Shown: positions 13,259 through 23,936 of the stretch, piece after piece
Layout: each line of letters starts with the position of its first letter
Position numbering within the stretch: the first letter of the stretch is position 1
From: Azolla caroliniana
Taxonomy: Eukaryota; Plantae; Polypodiophyta
Assembly (NCBI GenBank): GCA_043228905.1
Contig: JBHGNT010000008.1
Location: 14,694,001-14,758,000 of the forward strand
DNA: 64,000 nt
Reading direction: 5' to 3'
Notes under the pieces: generated by a model
Told to the model about the DNA's origin: nothing
Database searches by the model: none
Seen by the model: the letters and a program-made list of their open reading frames with translations, nothing else
Position numbers and translations under genes: made by a program

Positions 13259-15043
13259 AGAGACACTTCACCAAAGGGTGATTACGGCATAGGATTATGA
13301 CTCAACGATTACACCGACTTAAGTAGGTTACACGATTAGAGCGCTTTTGTTAATTACACGCGTAAGATATAACAGTAATTACAGAACGGAAATCAACACA
13401 GAAGTATAAACACCATACGCTCTATTAATTATCCGCTGCGATTACAATGGGGTCCGGGCCTTTAAATAAGTTTCCGGTCCGTAGTACAAAACGGTGCCTA
13501 TCGCACCTATTCGGGATCCGTCCGGATCTGGAACGGCATACCGTTTCCAGTCCGTCCGTCCGTCCATACTTGTTTTGTATGCCGTTCGGTACGCCCATAG
13601 CGCGCTATGGAGCTTTGTATTCCAGTCCGTCCGTCCATACTATGCTTATTTACAACCATACTTAATTAATTCCTTCACTCCGTATTTTGGACTCCTTGCC
13701 GGCCGGTAACACATGGCACGCCCGTGGGACAGTACCTTGTACGTCGAACCCTTCTCGGCCCCTTCATTGTTCACCCAAATTGTCCAAAATACTTTGTTCC
13801 AGAGTTTCCAATTGTTCTTCCGGTTGTGGTTGTTGCGGCTGTGCTTGTTGCTGCTGCTGTGGTTGAGGTTGGGACTGAGACTGCTAAGGCTTCTCTATAG
13901 GCGGCTGCTCCGTTTGTTTCTCTGACTCCGGCATCCCCGTTTGACTGCTTCCGGTCCGGTCTCCTTCCAGTAACGGTTCGTCATCACTGAGGTTGACCGT
14001 AACCGGTTCTCGTGCTTTCTCTTCCCGGATCCGGGACCTCTCGTAGCTTTCAAATTGGATCTGCGCCTCCAGCCTGTCGTCGTCCAGCTGAGCTACAAGT
14101 TGCCGGACTTGCCCTAGTTGGTCCTCTGCCAAGGCTTGAAAGTCTTCGGCCAGCTCATCTCTTATGTCAGTGAAGTCTTCGGAAGTCAGCATATAGCAAT
14201 CATCTCCCTCCTTCCGCCGCGTTCGGGGCCCACTTGGTCCACCATTTGACGGAACCGTTGTCAATCAAGCTCTTGGTCTGGTTCAACCAGGCCCGCATGA
14301 TATCCTGGATGCGACTTGCTCCCATTTGCGCTCTACTTTCCACAACTTGTTGTTCCTCCTTCAACTGCTTGATGAGATTAGCCGTATCCTCCGCCTTCTC
14401 TCTGTAGCGCGTCAGCTGCCCTTGATATGTTGTTTGCAGCCTTTGCAGTACCTCCGCCGCTCTTTCTTTTTCCGCCTGCTGTTGCCTGAGGAGCTCTGGT
14501 TGTGGTTGTTCCGGACAAGGCCTAACACAAGGTGTCACGGAGACACTTCACCAAAGGGTGATTACGGCATAGGATTATGACTCAACGATTACACCGACTT
14601 AAGTAGGTTACACGATTAGAGCGCTTTTGGTAATTACACGCGTAAGATATAACAGTAATTACAGAACGGAAATCAACACAGAAGTATAAACACCATACGC
14701 TCTATTAATTATCCGCTGCGATTACAATGGGGTCCGGGCCTTTAAATAGGTTTCCGGTCCGTAGTACAAAACGGTGCCTATCGCACCTATTCGGGATCCG
14801 TCCGGATCTGGAACGGCATACCGTTTCCAGTCCGTCCGTCCGTCCATACTTGTTTTGTATGCCGTTCGGTACGCCCATAGCGCGCTATGGAGCTTTGTAT
14901 TCCAGTCCGTCCGTCCATACTATGCTTATTTACAACCATACTTAATTAATTCCTTCACTCCGTATTTTGGACTCCTTGCCGGCCGGTAACACATGGCACG
15001 CCCGTGGGACAGTACCTTGTACGTCGAACCCTTCTCGGCCCCT

Positions 15044-15856
15044 TCATTGTTCACCCAAATTGTCCAAAATACTTTGTTCCAGAGTTTCCAATTGTTCTTC
15101 CGGTTGTGGTTGTTGCGGCTGTGCTTGTTGCTGCTGCTGTGGTTGCGGTTGGGACTGAGACTGCTCCGGCTTCTCTATAGGCGGCTGCTCCGTTTGTTTC
15201 TCTGACTCCGGCATCCCCGTTTGACTGCTTCCGGTCCGGTCTCCTTCCAGTAACGGTTCGTCATCACTGAGGTTGACCGTAACCGGTTCTCGTGCTTTCT
15301 CTTCCCGGATCCGGGACCTCTCGTAGCTTTCAAATTGGATCTGCGCCTCCAGCCTGTCGTCGTCCAGCTGAGCTACAAGTTGCCGGACTTGCCCTAGTTG
15401 GTCCTCTGCCAAGGCTTGAAAGTCTTCGGCCAGCTCATCTCTTATGCCGGTGAAGTCTTCGGAAGTCAGCATATAGCAATCATCTCCCTCCTTCCGCCGG
15501 TTCTCTACGTCGGCCCGGAGCAATTGGAGTTCCGCCGCGTTCGGGGCCCACTTGGTCCACCATTTGACGGAACCGTTGTCAATCAAGCTCTTGGTCTGGT
15601 TCAACCAGGCCCGCATGATATCCTGGATGCCACTTGCTCCCATTTGCGCTCTACTTTCCACAACTTGTCGTTCCTCCTTCAACTGCTTGATGAGATTAGC
15701 CGTATCCTCCGCCTGCTCTCTGTAGCGCGTCAGCTGCCCTTGATATGTTGTTTGCAGCCTTTGCAGTACCTCCGCCGCTCTTTCTTTTTCCGCCTGCTGT
15801 TGCCTGAGGAGCTCTGGTTGTGGTTGTTCCGGACAAGGCCTAACACAAGGTGTCAC
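15044..15856 (-). CDS. Antisense extra ORF, unit 3 copy
   Basis: 270 aa; differs from unit 1 by one residue (SRIQ to SGIQ). Confidence 0.55.
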   Translation of the reverse strand: MTPCVRPCPEQPQPELLRQQQAEKERAAEVLQRLQTTYQGQLTRYREQAEDTANLIKQLKEERQVVESRAQMGASGIQDIMRAWLNQTKSLIDNGSVKWWTKWAPNAAELQLLRADVENRRKEGDDCYMLTSEDFTGIRDELAEDFQALAEDQLGQVRQLVAQLDDDRLEAQIQFESYERSRIREEKAREPVTVNLSDDEPLLEGDRTGSSQTGMPESEKQTEQPPIEKPEQSQSQPQPQQQQQAQPQQPQPEEQLETLEQSILDNLGEQ

Positions 15857-18020
15857 GGAGACACTTCACCAAAGGGTGATTACAGCATAGGATTATGACT
15901 CAACGATTACACCGACTTAAGTAGGTTACACGATTAGAGCGCTTTTGTTAATTACACGCGTAAGATATAACAGTAATTACAGAACGGAAATCAACACAGA
16001 AGTATAAACACCATACGCTCTATTAATTATCCGCTGCGATTACAATGGGGTCCGGGCCTTTAAATAGGTTTCCGGTCCGTAGTACAAAACGGTGCCTATC
16101 GCACCTATTCGGGATCCGTCCGGATCTGGAACGGCATACCGTTTCCAGTCCGTCCGTCCGTCCATACTTGTTTTGTATGCCGTTCGGTACGCCCATAGCG
16201 CGCTATGGAGCTTTGTATTCCAGTCCGTCCGTCCATACTATGCTTATTTACAACCATACTTAATTAATTCCTTCACTCCGTATTTTGGACTCCTTGCCGG
16301 CCGGTAACACATGGCACGCCCGTGGGACAGTACCTTGTACGTCGAACCCTTCTCGGCCCCTTCATTGTTCACCCAAATTGTCCAAAATACTTTGTTCCAG
16401 AGTTTCCAATTGTTCTTCCGGTTGTGGTTGTTGCGGCTGTGCTTGTTGCTGCTGCTGTGGTTGCGGTTGGGACTGAGACTGCTCCGGCTTCTCTATAGGC
16501 GGCTGCTCCGTTTGTTTCTCTGACTCCGGCATCCCCGTTTGACTGCTTCCGGTCCGGTCTCCTTCCAGTAACGGTTCGTCATCACTGAGGTTGACCGTAA
16601 CCGGTTCTCATGCTTTCTCTTCCCGGATCCGGGACCTCTCGTAGCTTTCAAATTGGATCTGCGCCTCCAGCCTGTCGTCGTCCAGCTGAGCTACAAGTTG
16701 CCGGACTTGCCCTAGTTGGTCCTCTGCCAAGGCTTGAAAGTCTTCGGCCAGCTCATCTCTTATGCCGGTGAAGTCTTCGGAAGTCAGCATATAGCAATCA
16801 TCTCCCTCCTTCCGCCGGTTCTCTACGTCGGCCCGGAGCAATTGGAGTTCCGCCGCGTTCGGGGCCCACTTGGTCCACCATTTGACGGAACCGTTGTCAA
16901 TCAAGCTCTTGGTCTGGTTCAACCAGGCCCGCATGATATCCTGGATGCCACTTGCTCCCATTTGCGCTCTACTTTCCACAACTTGTCGTTCCTCCTTCAA
17001 CTGCTTGATGAGATTAGCCGTATCCTCCGCCTGCTCTCTGTAGCGCGTCAGCTGCCCTTGATATGTTGTTTGCAGCCTTTGCAGTACCTCCGCCGCTCTT
17101 TCTTTTTCCGCCTGCTGTTGCCTGAGGAGCTCTGGTTGTGGTTGTTCCGGACAAGGCCTAACACAAGGTGTCACAGAGACACTTCACCAAAGGGTGATTA
17201 CGGCAGAGGATTATGACTCAACGATTACACCGACTTAAGTAGGTTACACGATTAGAGCGCTTTTGTTAATTACACGCGTAAGATATAACAGTAATTACAG
17301 AACGGAAATCAACACAGAAGTATAAACACCATACGCTCTATTAATTATCCGCTGCGATTACAATGGGGTCTGGGCCTTTAAATAGGTTTCCGGTCCGTAG
17401 TACAAAACGGTGCCTATCGCACCTATTCGGGATCCGTCCGGATCTGGAACAGCATACCGTTTCCAGTCCGTCCGTCCGTCCATACTTGTTTTGTATGCCG
17501 TTCGGTACGCCCATAGCGTGCTATGGAGCTTTGTATTCCAGTCCGTCCGTCCATACTATGCTTATTTACAACCATACTTAATTAATTCCTTCACTCCGTA
17601 TTTTGGACTCCTTGCCGGCCGGTAACAATAATTTTCGTCTTCTTCCTCGTTCACGCTATTTTTAGAAGCTTTTTATCTCCTATTTTTAGCTGAGACCCAA
17701 CGACGTTATAATCGTCATATCTCCCCCATCATAGCTCCAAATTTAGTGATTTAAAAATCTACAGATAGCTCTCTTTACAAGCTTTCTAACACATATTTAA
17801 ACATAATATTTGGGTCACACAAGAAGGAGTTATGACCATTCCTTTTGTTACGGTTTTTATGGTCCGGTTTTTCTCTTTTTTGCTTTTCTTTTGGTCTCTT
17901 ACTTTTACTTTTGACTTCTTCCTAAGGTCTTGGTTCGTGTTCTTAGCCTCCAAATATGAATTATCCATACTTTATATTCTGCTAATGTTCAATGACTTAG
18001 ATTCTAAAAACACTTTCACA

Positions 18021-18195
18021 GTAAGCAATCTGGAACCGGTCGGAAAGCAAACAGGAACCGGGCGGTAAGCAATCCGGAACTGGTCGGGAATCAAACCAGA
18101 ACCGGTCGGTAAGCAATCCGGAACTGGCGGGTAAGCAATCTGGAACCGGCCGATAAGCAAACTGGAACCGGTCGAGAAGCAAACCGGAACCAAGC
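18021..18195. repeat. ~22-bp minisatellite, right part
   Basis: GTAAGCAATCTGGAACCGGTCGG-type units continuing the 7441-7612 array. Confidence 0.85.
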
Positions 18196-18599
18196 AAATC
18201 GACAATCGGATGGTGTCGGAAACCAGGCGGATCCGAGAACCGGCATTCGGATGAAACCAGTGATCAAGTGGAACCGGCGACCGGACAAGGCTGGACGCAG
18301 ACCAGACGGATTGGATGGGCGGCGATTTAGACGGACGGATGATAGGATCATGTGGCTAATTAAAGTAAAGTAAAGAAAACTAAAGTAAAGGTCATGTGGA
18401 TGGTCGCATGCAACTAAAAGAAAAAGGCATGCAACTAAAAATGGATGCAACTAAACGTAGAGGCCATGCAACTAAAAGTGGACTTGCAAAGTAACATTGA
18501 AGGCTATGATCAACGGAGAACTCCATATAGAATTCCATTGTTTTCCTACACTCATCCTCTCTCTCCATTATTTTTCTTTTCCTTCTCGGTTCTCTTATC

Positions 18600-18810
18600 T
18601 CACGGAGCCATATCTTTCATAAACCCTAATTTTCCCTACGGAAGCCATAACACTCAAAAACCCTAATTTTCCCTACAGAAGCCATATCTCTCATAAACCC
18701 TAATTTTCCCTACGGAAGCCATAACACTCAAAATTCCTAATTTTCCGTACGGAAGCCATATCTCTCAAAACCCCTAAATTTTCTTTTCTATTAATCTCAG
18801 TAAACCTAAA
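18600..18810. repeat. Short tandem repeats containing telobox AAACCCTAA (AAACCCTAATTTTCCCTACGGAAGCCATA)
   Basis: About 5 imperfect copies with ~36-40-bp spacing. Confidence 0.75.
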
Positions 18811-18916
18811 ACTTTTGAATCCCAATCTTGGGACATAATGTAATTTCTTTTCTTTTGTTAATGAAAATTATTAAATTTCTTATTTTCGTTAATTGTTAAA
18901 AATATAAAAGCACGAA

Positions 18917-19590
18917 TGTGATGTCCTCTGGTCGAAGGCCCTGGGGTCCTGCCTCAATTTCACATATCCTCGTCGTATTTTCGCAACGGCATGCATGCCT
19001 GTTGCGTGCATGTGATACACTTGAGCATGTATGTACACATGCATGTGCCAAGTGTGAATAATACAATGGAGCAATTATGCTCATGATGCTAGCTTAATGC
19101 TACAAGGAACAATCATGCATATAACTGTATATTGGACATGTTGGTTAACATATAACACTCGATTATAACACAAGAGGTCACGAGTTCAAACCTTGAGATG
19201 ACTGTTGTCATGTTTGTGACATTATCCCCCATGTTTAGCACAAGCTTGTGTGAATAACGAAGATGGAAATCATGAACTGCCTCGGTTGCATTCGTCAAAT
19301 GGTGGTTAGGTTCCCAAGTAGCTTCAGATATCAGGTGTCCTTTCTAGCGTACTAGATAATGAAGTTTTTGAGGTAGAAGCTTGGAGTCGAGGATTTCTTC
19401 AATTTCATACTCATTGCCAAACTCCAAAGCGGTGGGTTGTGGTCGAGCGGGTTGTCGTCCGGAAAGTACAGAGGGATGGTAAACCTCCAAAAGAGATACA
19501 TGAAAAACATCATGGACATGATAATGCAGAAGGGGCGCAATTTTATGCAATCTAGCTTTGCACATGGACTAGAGTCCGGATGAAGCTTCT
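18917..19590 (-). mobile_element. Chromovirus (Gypsy) 3' remnant: integrase C-terminus, chromodomain, PPT and probable 3' LTR
   Basis: VHDVFHVSLLE...EYEIEEILDSK...YLVR*KG...ATWEP. PPT GGGGGATAA then TGTCAC at 19221; probable LTR end ...ATCACA at 18917. Confidence 0.75.
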
Positions 19591-20524
19591 GGTTCCCGTC
19601 TAGGGTGTGGAGACAGGTCGGCATTCCATCATGCCGAACTTGTACAACATATTCAACACATAATGGCGTTGTGAGAGCAATATACCGTTGGGGGTTTGGA
19701 CCACCTCGATCCCAAGGAAATAATGAAGGTCTCGTACATCCTTCATCTCAAATGCGTCCGACAGCTGGGATTTCAAACGATCGATTTCATTGAATCCGGG
19801 TCCGGTGATGACTAAATCATCTACATACAGCAAGATGCACACTGAACTGTTTGGACCATTCCGGATGAATAATGAAGAGTCGGACTTTGAGGCTGCAAAC
19901 CACATCTTACGCAACTGGTGCGTGATCTTCGCATTCCAAGCTCGGAGGGCTTGCTTCAGACTGTAAAGCGACTTCTTGAGCCGGCTGACGCATTTCTGCC
20001 ACCTTAGTCATGTACGCATAGTGATGCGGCATGTACTCATTGTACCCATACCTCATTATGGGATTCTTCTGGCGGGTTGACTGGCGTAACTTGTCATTAC
20101 CCAGTTTGAGGCCCTTCTTGGCCGATTCGAACTTCATTTCTGAAGATCCGCCTCCTTCCTTCCCGGAGTTAGATTCTCTCCGATCTGACTCTTCATTGCC
20201 AGTATCGTGTTCTAGCATCTTCGTCTTCCCCTTCTCTTTGCGCGTGAACCGTCAGCACGGCAAAGTCTCCACTACTCGCCAGGTCTTCATCCGACTGGTC
20301 ATCCCGACTCAGCCGCTCATTCGGCCCACTTAGCTGGAATGAGATCAGACTCTCATCTAGAGTACCGAAGTCTTCATCTTCTACTTGAACCTCTCCGGGT
20401 TCACTAGCCTCATCTTCCGAAACCGGGTTGGAGTTGGAAGTTGGAGTCGGTAGAGAGTGCCATAATGCCGACTCTTCAAACTTGACATCTCGACTTAATC
20501 GGACCTGCTTAGTCCAAGGGTTAG
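19590..20524 (-). mobile_element. Copia remnant of a different family (integrase tail and RT)
   Basis: LLYVDDLVITG, FEMKD.DLHYFLGIEV and LRQSTRQK motifs. Confidence 0.85.
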
Positions 20525-21028
20525 TGTTGGGAAATTGATCTCTCTAGATGGGATCTGGTGATGAATAAAGAGAACCCCGTGAGAACCGGAAGAGATCCAG
20601 AAACTGGAGGAGAGCCGGTGAGAACTGGAAATTAAGACATATTTCTAAATATGTTTTGAGTAAGCCTATTGACGCTATATTTGTAAATAGCCCTAAGTTC
20701 ATATAAGTATAAATATGACTTAGGGCAATCACTTTGGTAGTGAGAGTGTGTGAAGTATAGTTGTTGTAACTGTTGTACAGAAGAGAGCGATAGAGAGGGG
20801 GAGAGAGAGACATAGAGCGAACTTGGTTGTAACTGCCGGTTGGCGAAGAAACCGAGCTCGAGGTCATTGCCTACGAGTCTCTGATTGTACCCCTTCTCTT
20901 CATAGTGATAGTTCGGAGTTTGTAGGCTCCAGTGGTTTTTCCCTATTAGGGTTTTCCACGTAAACATCTTGTGTTCACTCTTTAGTTCTTATTTCTATGT
21001 TCTCCTTTCTCATCGAAGTGTTCAAGAC

Positions 21029-21353
21029 TTTTTTAAGATTGCTTAAAGTGTGCGACACTTCATCGGGGGTTGTTTGGGGTGGACTCAAGTTTAGATCTTA
21101 TTTGTATGTCTAAACATAAGTAGTGATATAGTTTTAGAAGAATAGAAAAGTGAGGGCGTGGGTGGGGGTTAGGGGAGTGTAGCTTATTGAAGTTATCAAA
21201 AGTATTTAAACCTAATCAAAGCTTTTAGAACATATTAAAGATCATTGGGATAACTTAAGTTATTAGACACCAATAAAGTACTATTAAAACACCAATATAG
21301 AGTATTATTAAAACGGGACCACACGCTTAGATGAACGGGACTTGTTTAAACAC
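21029..21353 (-). repeat. PLE pseudo-LTR, 3' copy
   Basis: Near-identical to 26274-26598 (about 3 differences seen). Confidence 0.92.
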
Positions 21354-21880
21354 ACGCTTAAGCAAACACTTAAAAGAAAGATTATTATAAAAAAATAAAA
21401 ATAAAAATAGAAAAGAGAGATTGAGATTAAAAAATGATTATGGTTAAGAAGGGATTATGATTAAGGGGGAAGGGGTTGCTAAACAAAGTACTTAAACGAA
21501 TGTTTAAACAAATATTTAGATAAGAAAACACTTGGGCAAACACTTAACGCAAGGTTATGATTAAAAGAGAAGGGAGGGATTATGGTTAAAGAAAAGGGGT
21601 CATGGTTGAGAAGAGAATGATTATGATTAAGAGAGGAGAATACTTAAACAAATGTTTAAACAAAAAGTTAAACCTAAAAATGATTGAACAAGTACTTAAA
21701 AAAAAGGGGTTAAACAAGTACGTAATAAAAATGATTATTAAACAAGTACTTAATAGCAAATGATTAAATAAATACTTAAAAACTTAAGACAAAAAAATTT
21801 GATGAAAAAGTGATTAAACAAGTACTTAATAAAAATTTATTAAATAAGTACCTAAGAACTTAAGACAAAAAATTAGATAG
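21354..21880. repeat. AT-rich low-complexity repeats in the PLE 3' region
   Basis: Recurrent TTAAACAAGTACTTAA and GATTATGATTAA motifs. Confidence 0.6.
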
Positions 21881-21926
21881 GAGCAACACATAGAAGGAAA
21901 GAAAGTTTTACTATCATAAGGCAACG

Positions 21927-21972
21927 ATCGGCAAATGCATTTCGCCTCGATGGAGGCTCTTCAGTGCCCGAT
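21927..21972 (-). ncRNA. Minimal type I hammerhead ribozyme
   Basis: AUCGGGCA-CUGAAGA-GCCUC(CAUC)GAGGC-GAAA-UGCAUU-UGCCGAU: full core, 5-bp stem II, palindromic AUGCAU stem III, and stem I with one bulge. Confidence 0.85.
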
Positions 21973-22134
21973 GTACAAATGATGAAAACTAAGCCTACTA
22001 GCTTGCTCTTTTTATAGGGAGAGGGAGGAGAGTCCTTTATATGTGGGACATACAAAAGTGTGTACAAAGGGAAGGTAAAAGAGTGTACATAAGACTTTAG
22101 GTGGGGGTTAAGAGGGGTGAGAGTACATAAAAAA

Positions 22135-23868
22135 TTAGGTGGGGGGAAAGGATGCGTGTACTAGGTGGTTTCTTAGTTTTTTACCATTTAGCCAACACGT
22201 GAGAGGGGGTGTAAGGGAACTGTATTGTGGTTGTCCTAGAAGGGTTTTAAGTTTGTTTCTCACAAGCGCTCCGATTTGGAGTTTTTTGATACATGGGGAG
22301 TAACGAAGCTTAAAAACAATGGGTGGAGGTTTTTTGTTGTTGGGTTGGTTAGAGAGTAGTTGGTTTCGTATGGAGTAGGGGACAGTCGAAAAACACTTGA
22401 GTAGGAACTTCAATGGGTAGCCCCTAGCTCTTAGGCGGTCGTAGAACTTTTTGCGTAGTTCCATGTAGCCATTTTCCGAGCTCTCCCAGATAGCATACTG
22501 TTTTAGTTCTCCCGTGATGAAGCCCTTTTTGTGTGCTATGGGGTGCGAGGATTTCCACGGGAGGTACATGTAGGCATTGAGAGGTTTTTGGTGGCATGCG
22601 GTGTCAAGGATGCCGAATTCTTTAAAGTATGGGCCTTTGAAGAAGACGACGTCCAGGATGGTGATCTCTTTAGGGGAGGTTGTTGATTCAATACGGATGT
22701 GTTGTTGTAGAGGCACGCCGTATTGGTGTAAGAAGGTGTGAAGTGTATCGGGGGAACCTTCCCAAACTCTTATGGCATCATCGATGTAGCGTTTGTAGTA
22801 GAGTAGTTGCGGTGTTTGGAAAGCTAAGTTATCGTCCTCTAGCTGTGAAAGAAACAAGCAAGCGTAAACAACGGCAAAATTACTACCCATCGCGGTGCCT
22901 TTAATTTGTAACCAAAAAGCATTATTAAAGGAGAGAAAATTGTTTCTAAGTATAAGTTCGGCAACACTCATAATGATTTTGGTTTTGTGTGGTGGGAAAT
23001 GATGTGAAATAGATTTTTTAAAAACCAATAGACCTTCCGTGGTAGGTATACTGGGATATAGTGACACTACGTCAAAAGAAAACAACGTGCAAGTTTTGGG
23101 GAAGGTGTGGTGTGCTAGGTCCTTAACAAGTGTTAAGGAGTCTTTGAGGTGTTCTTTTTTAGACAATAAGACAGGATGTAGTAGATGGTGTAGCCATTTA
23201 GAGGCTCTTTCGAAAACATAATTGTTGTAGGCGCAAATAGGGCGTCCTACAACAATGGGTTTGTGGATTTTGGGGATGATGTAGAAACGACATATCCTGA
23301 AACCATATTTGGGTTTCTGAAGGAGGAATCTAATTTCCTCATTGGAGAGGTGGGGGGAAGCTTTCAGACATAGGTGTTCAAGTCGACTGTGGCGAGTTTC
23401 TAGGGGGACATCTTTGACGGGGGTGTAAGTGTTTTTGTCGTTGAGCTGTCTAAGGCATTCATTAAGGTACCAATCCTTAGAGAGAATGCACGTGCCTAGA
23501 TTTTTATCCGCGGGTTTAATAACTATGTCTTGATTGTTTTTGAGATTATGTAGTGCAGTTCTAAAGTTCCTATGAGGGCGAGGTTGGATGGTGGGTTGGG
23601 AGGGGAGGGCAGAGGTGATAGATGTGATGGTTTGTGTGATTTCTGGCAAGGTTGGGGGATTCCAATTGGGGTTCAGTATTCTAAATGGAGAGATAATGTT
23701 AGTAGAGTTTCTAAAGAAATATTTGAGGCGGTAAGTTCTATCCAAGGATACAACGGCATCTATCAATTGTTGTTTTCTAATAGGTTGGGGTGGGGGAATA
23801 AAATCTAGACCTAAGCTTAGAAGTTTGAGTTGGGGTGGAGGAAGGTGGAAAGAGGAAAGGTTGTGCAA
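22135..23868 (-). CDS. Penelope-like reverse transcriptase without an endonuclease domain
   Basis: LSLGLDFIP, IKPADKNLG, FYIIPKIHK, GRPI, FDVVSLYPSIP, GTAMGS, RYIDD, SSHP motifs. Uninterrupted; no N-terminal ATG. Confidence 0.92.
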   Translation of the reverse strand: MHNLSSFHLPPPQLKLLSLGLDFIPPPQPIRKQQLIDAVVSLDRTYRLKYFFRNSTNIISPFRILNPNWNPPTLPEITQTITSITSALPSQPTIQPRPHRNFRTALHNLKNNQDIVIKPADKNLGTCILSKDWYLNECLRQLNDKNTYTPVKDVPLETRHSRLEHLCLKASPHLSNEEIRFLLQKPKYGFRICRFYIIPKIHKPIVVGRPICAYNNYVFERASKWLHHLLHPVLLSKKEHLKDSLTLVKDLAHHTFPKTCTLFSFDVVSLYPSIPTTEGLLVFKKSISHHFPPHKTKIIMSVAELILRNNFLSFNNAFWLQIKGTAMGSNFAVVYACLFLSQLEDDNLAFQTPQLLYYKRYIDDAIRVWEGSPDTLHTFLHQYGVPLQQHIRIESTTSPKEITILDVVFFKGPYFKEFGILDTACHQKPLNAYMYLPWKSSHPIAHKKGFITGELKQYAIWESSENGYMELRKKFYDRLRARGYPLKFLLKCFSTVPYSIRNQLLSNQPNNKKPPPIVFKLRYSPCIKKLQIGALVRNKLKTLLGQPQYSSLTPPLTCWLNGKKLRNHLVHASFPPT

Positions 23869-23936
23869 TGAGTGATTAGTGATCCTATTCTCGAGCTGGG
23901 AGGGTGTTTGCCTTCCCAGTAAAATGTGGAGGTAGG

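Larger units (their letters stand above)
11900..17627 (+). mobile_element. Tat-like LTR element deletion derivative amplified as a tandem array (5 LTRs, 4 internal units; periods 1318/1280/1318/1318 bp)
   Basis: TG...CA ends with ATAAT TSD (11895-11899 and 17628-17632). First LTR 11900-12393. PBS TGGCACGCCCGTGGGAC (tRNA-Arg type) follows each of the first four LTRs. Confidence 0.9.
11532..18020 (-). repeat. Solo LTR of the same Gypsy family, split by the tandem array (parts 11532-11899 and 17628-18020)
   Basis: Reverse complement of LTR 7613-8370: TGATGAGGCG at 11532, ...TTTCACA at 18020. Confidence 0.9.

Noticed and set aside
21040-21070. Second hammerhead-like motif in the pseudo-LTR (minus CCGAUGA-AGUG..CACU-UUAAG; also ~26285-26315)
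   Set aside because: The core is altered (CCGAUGA) and there is no GAAA after the stem.
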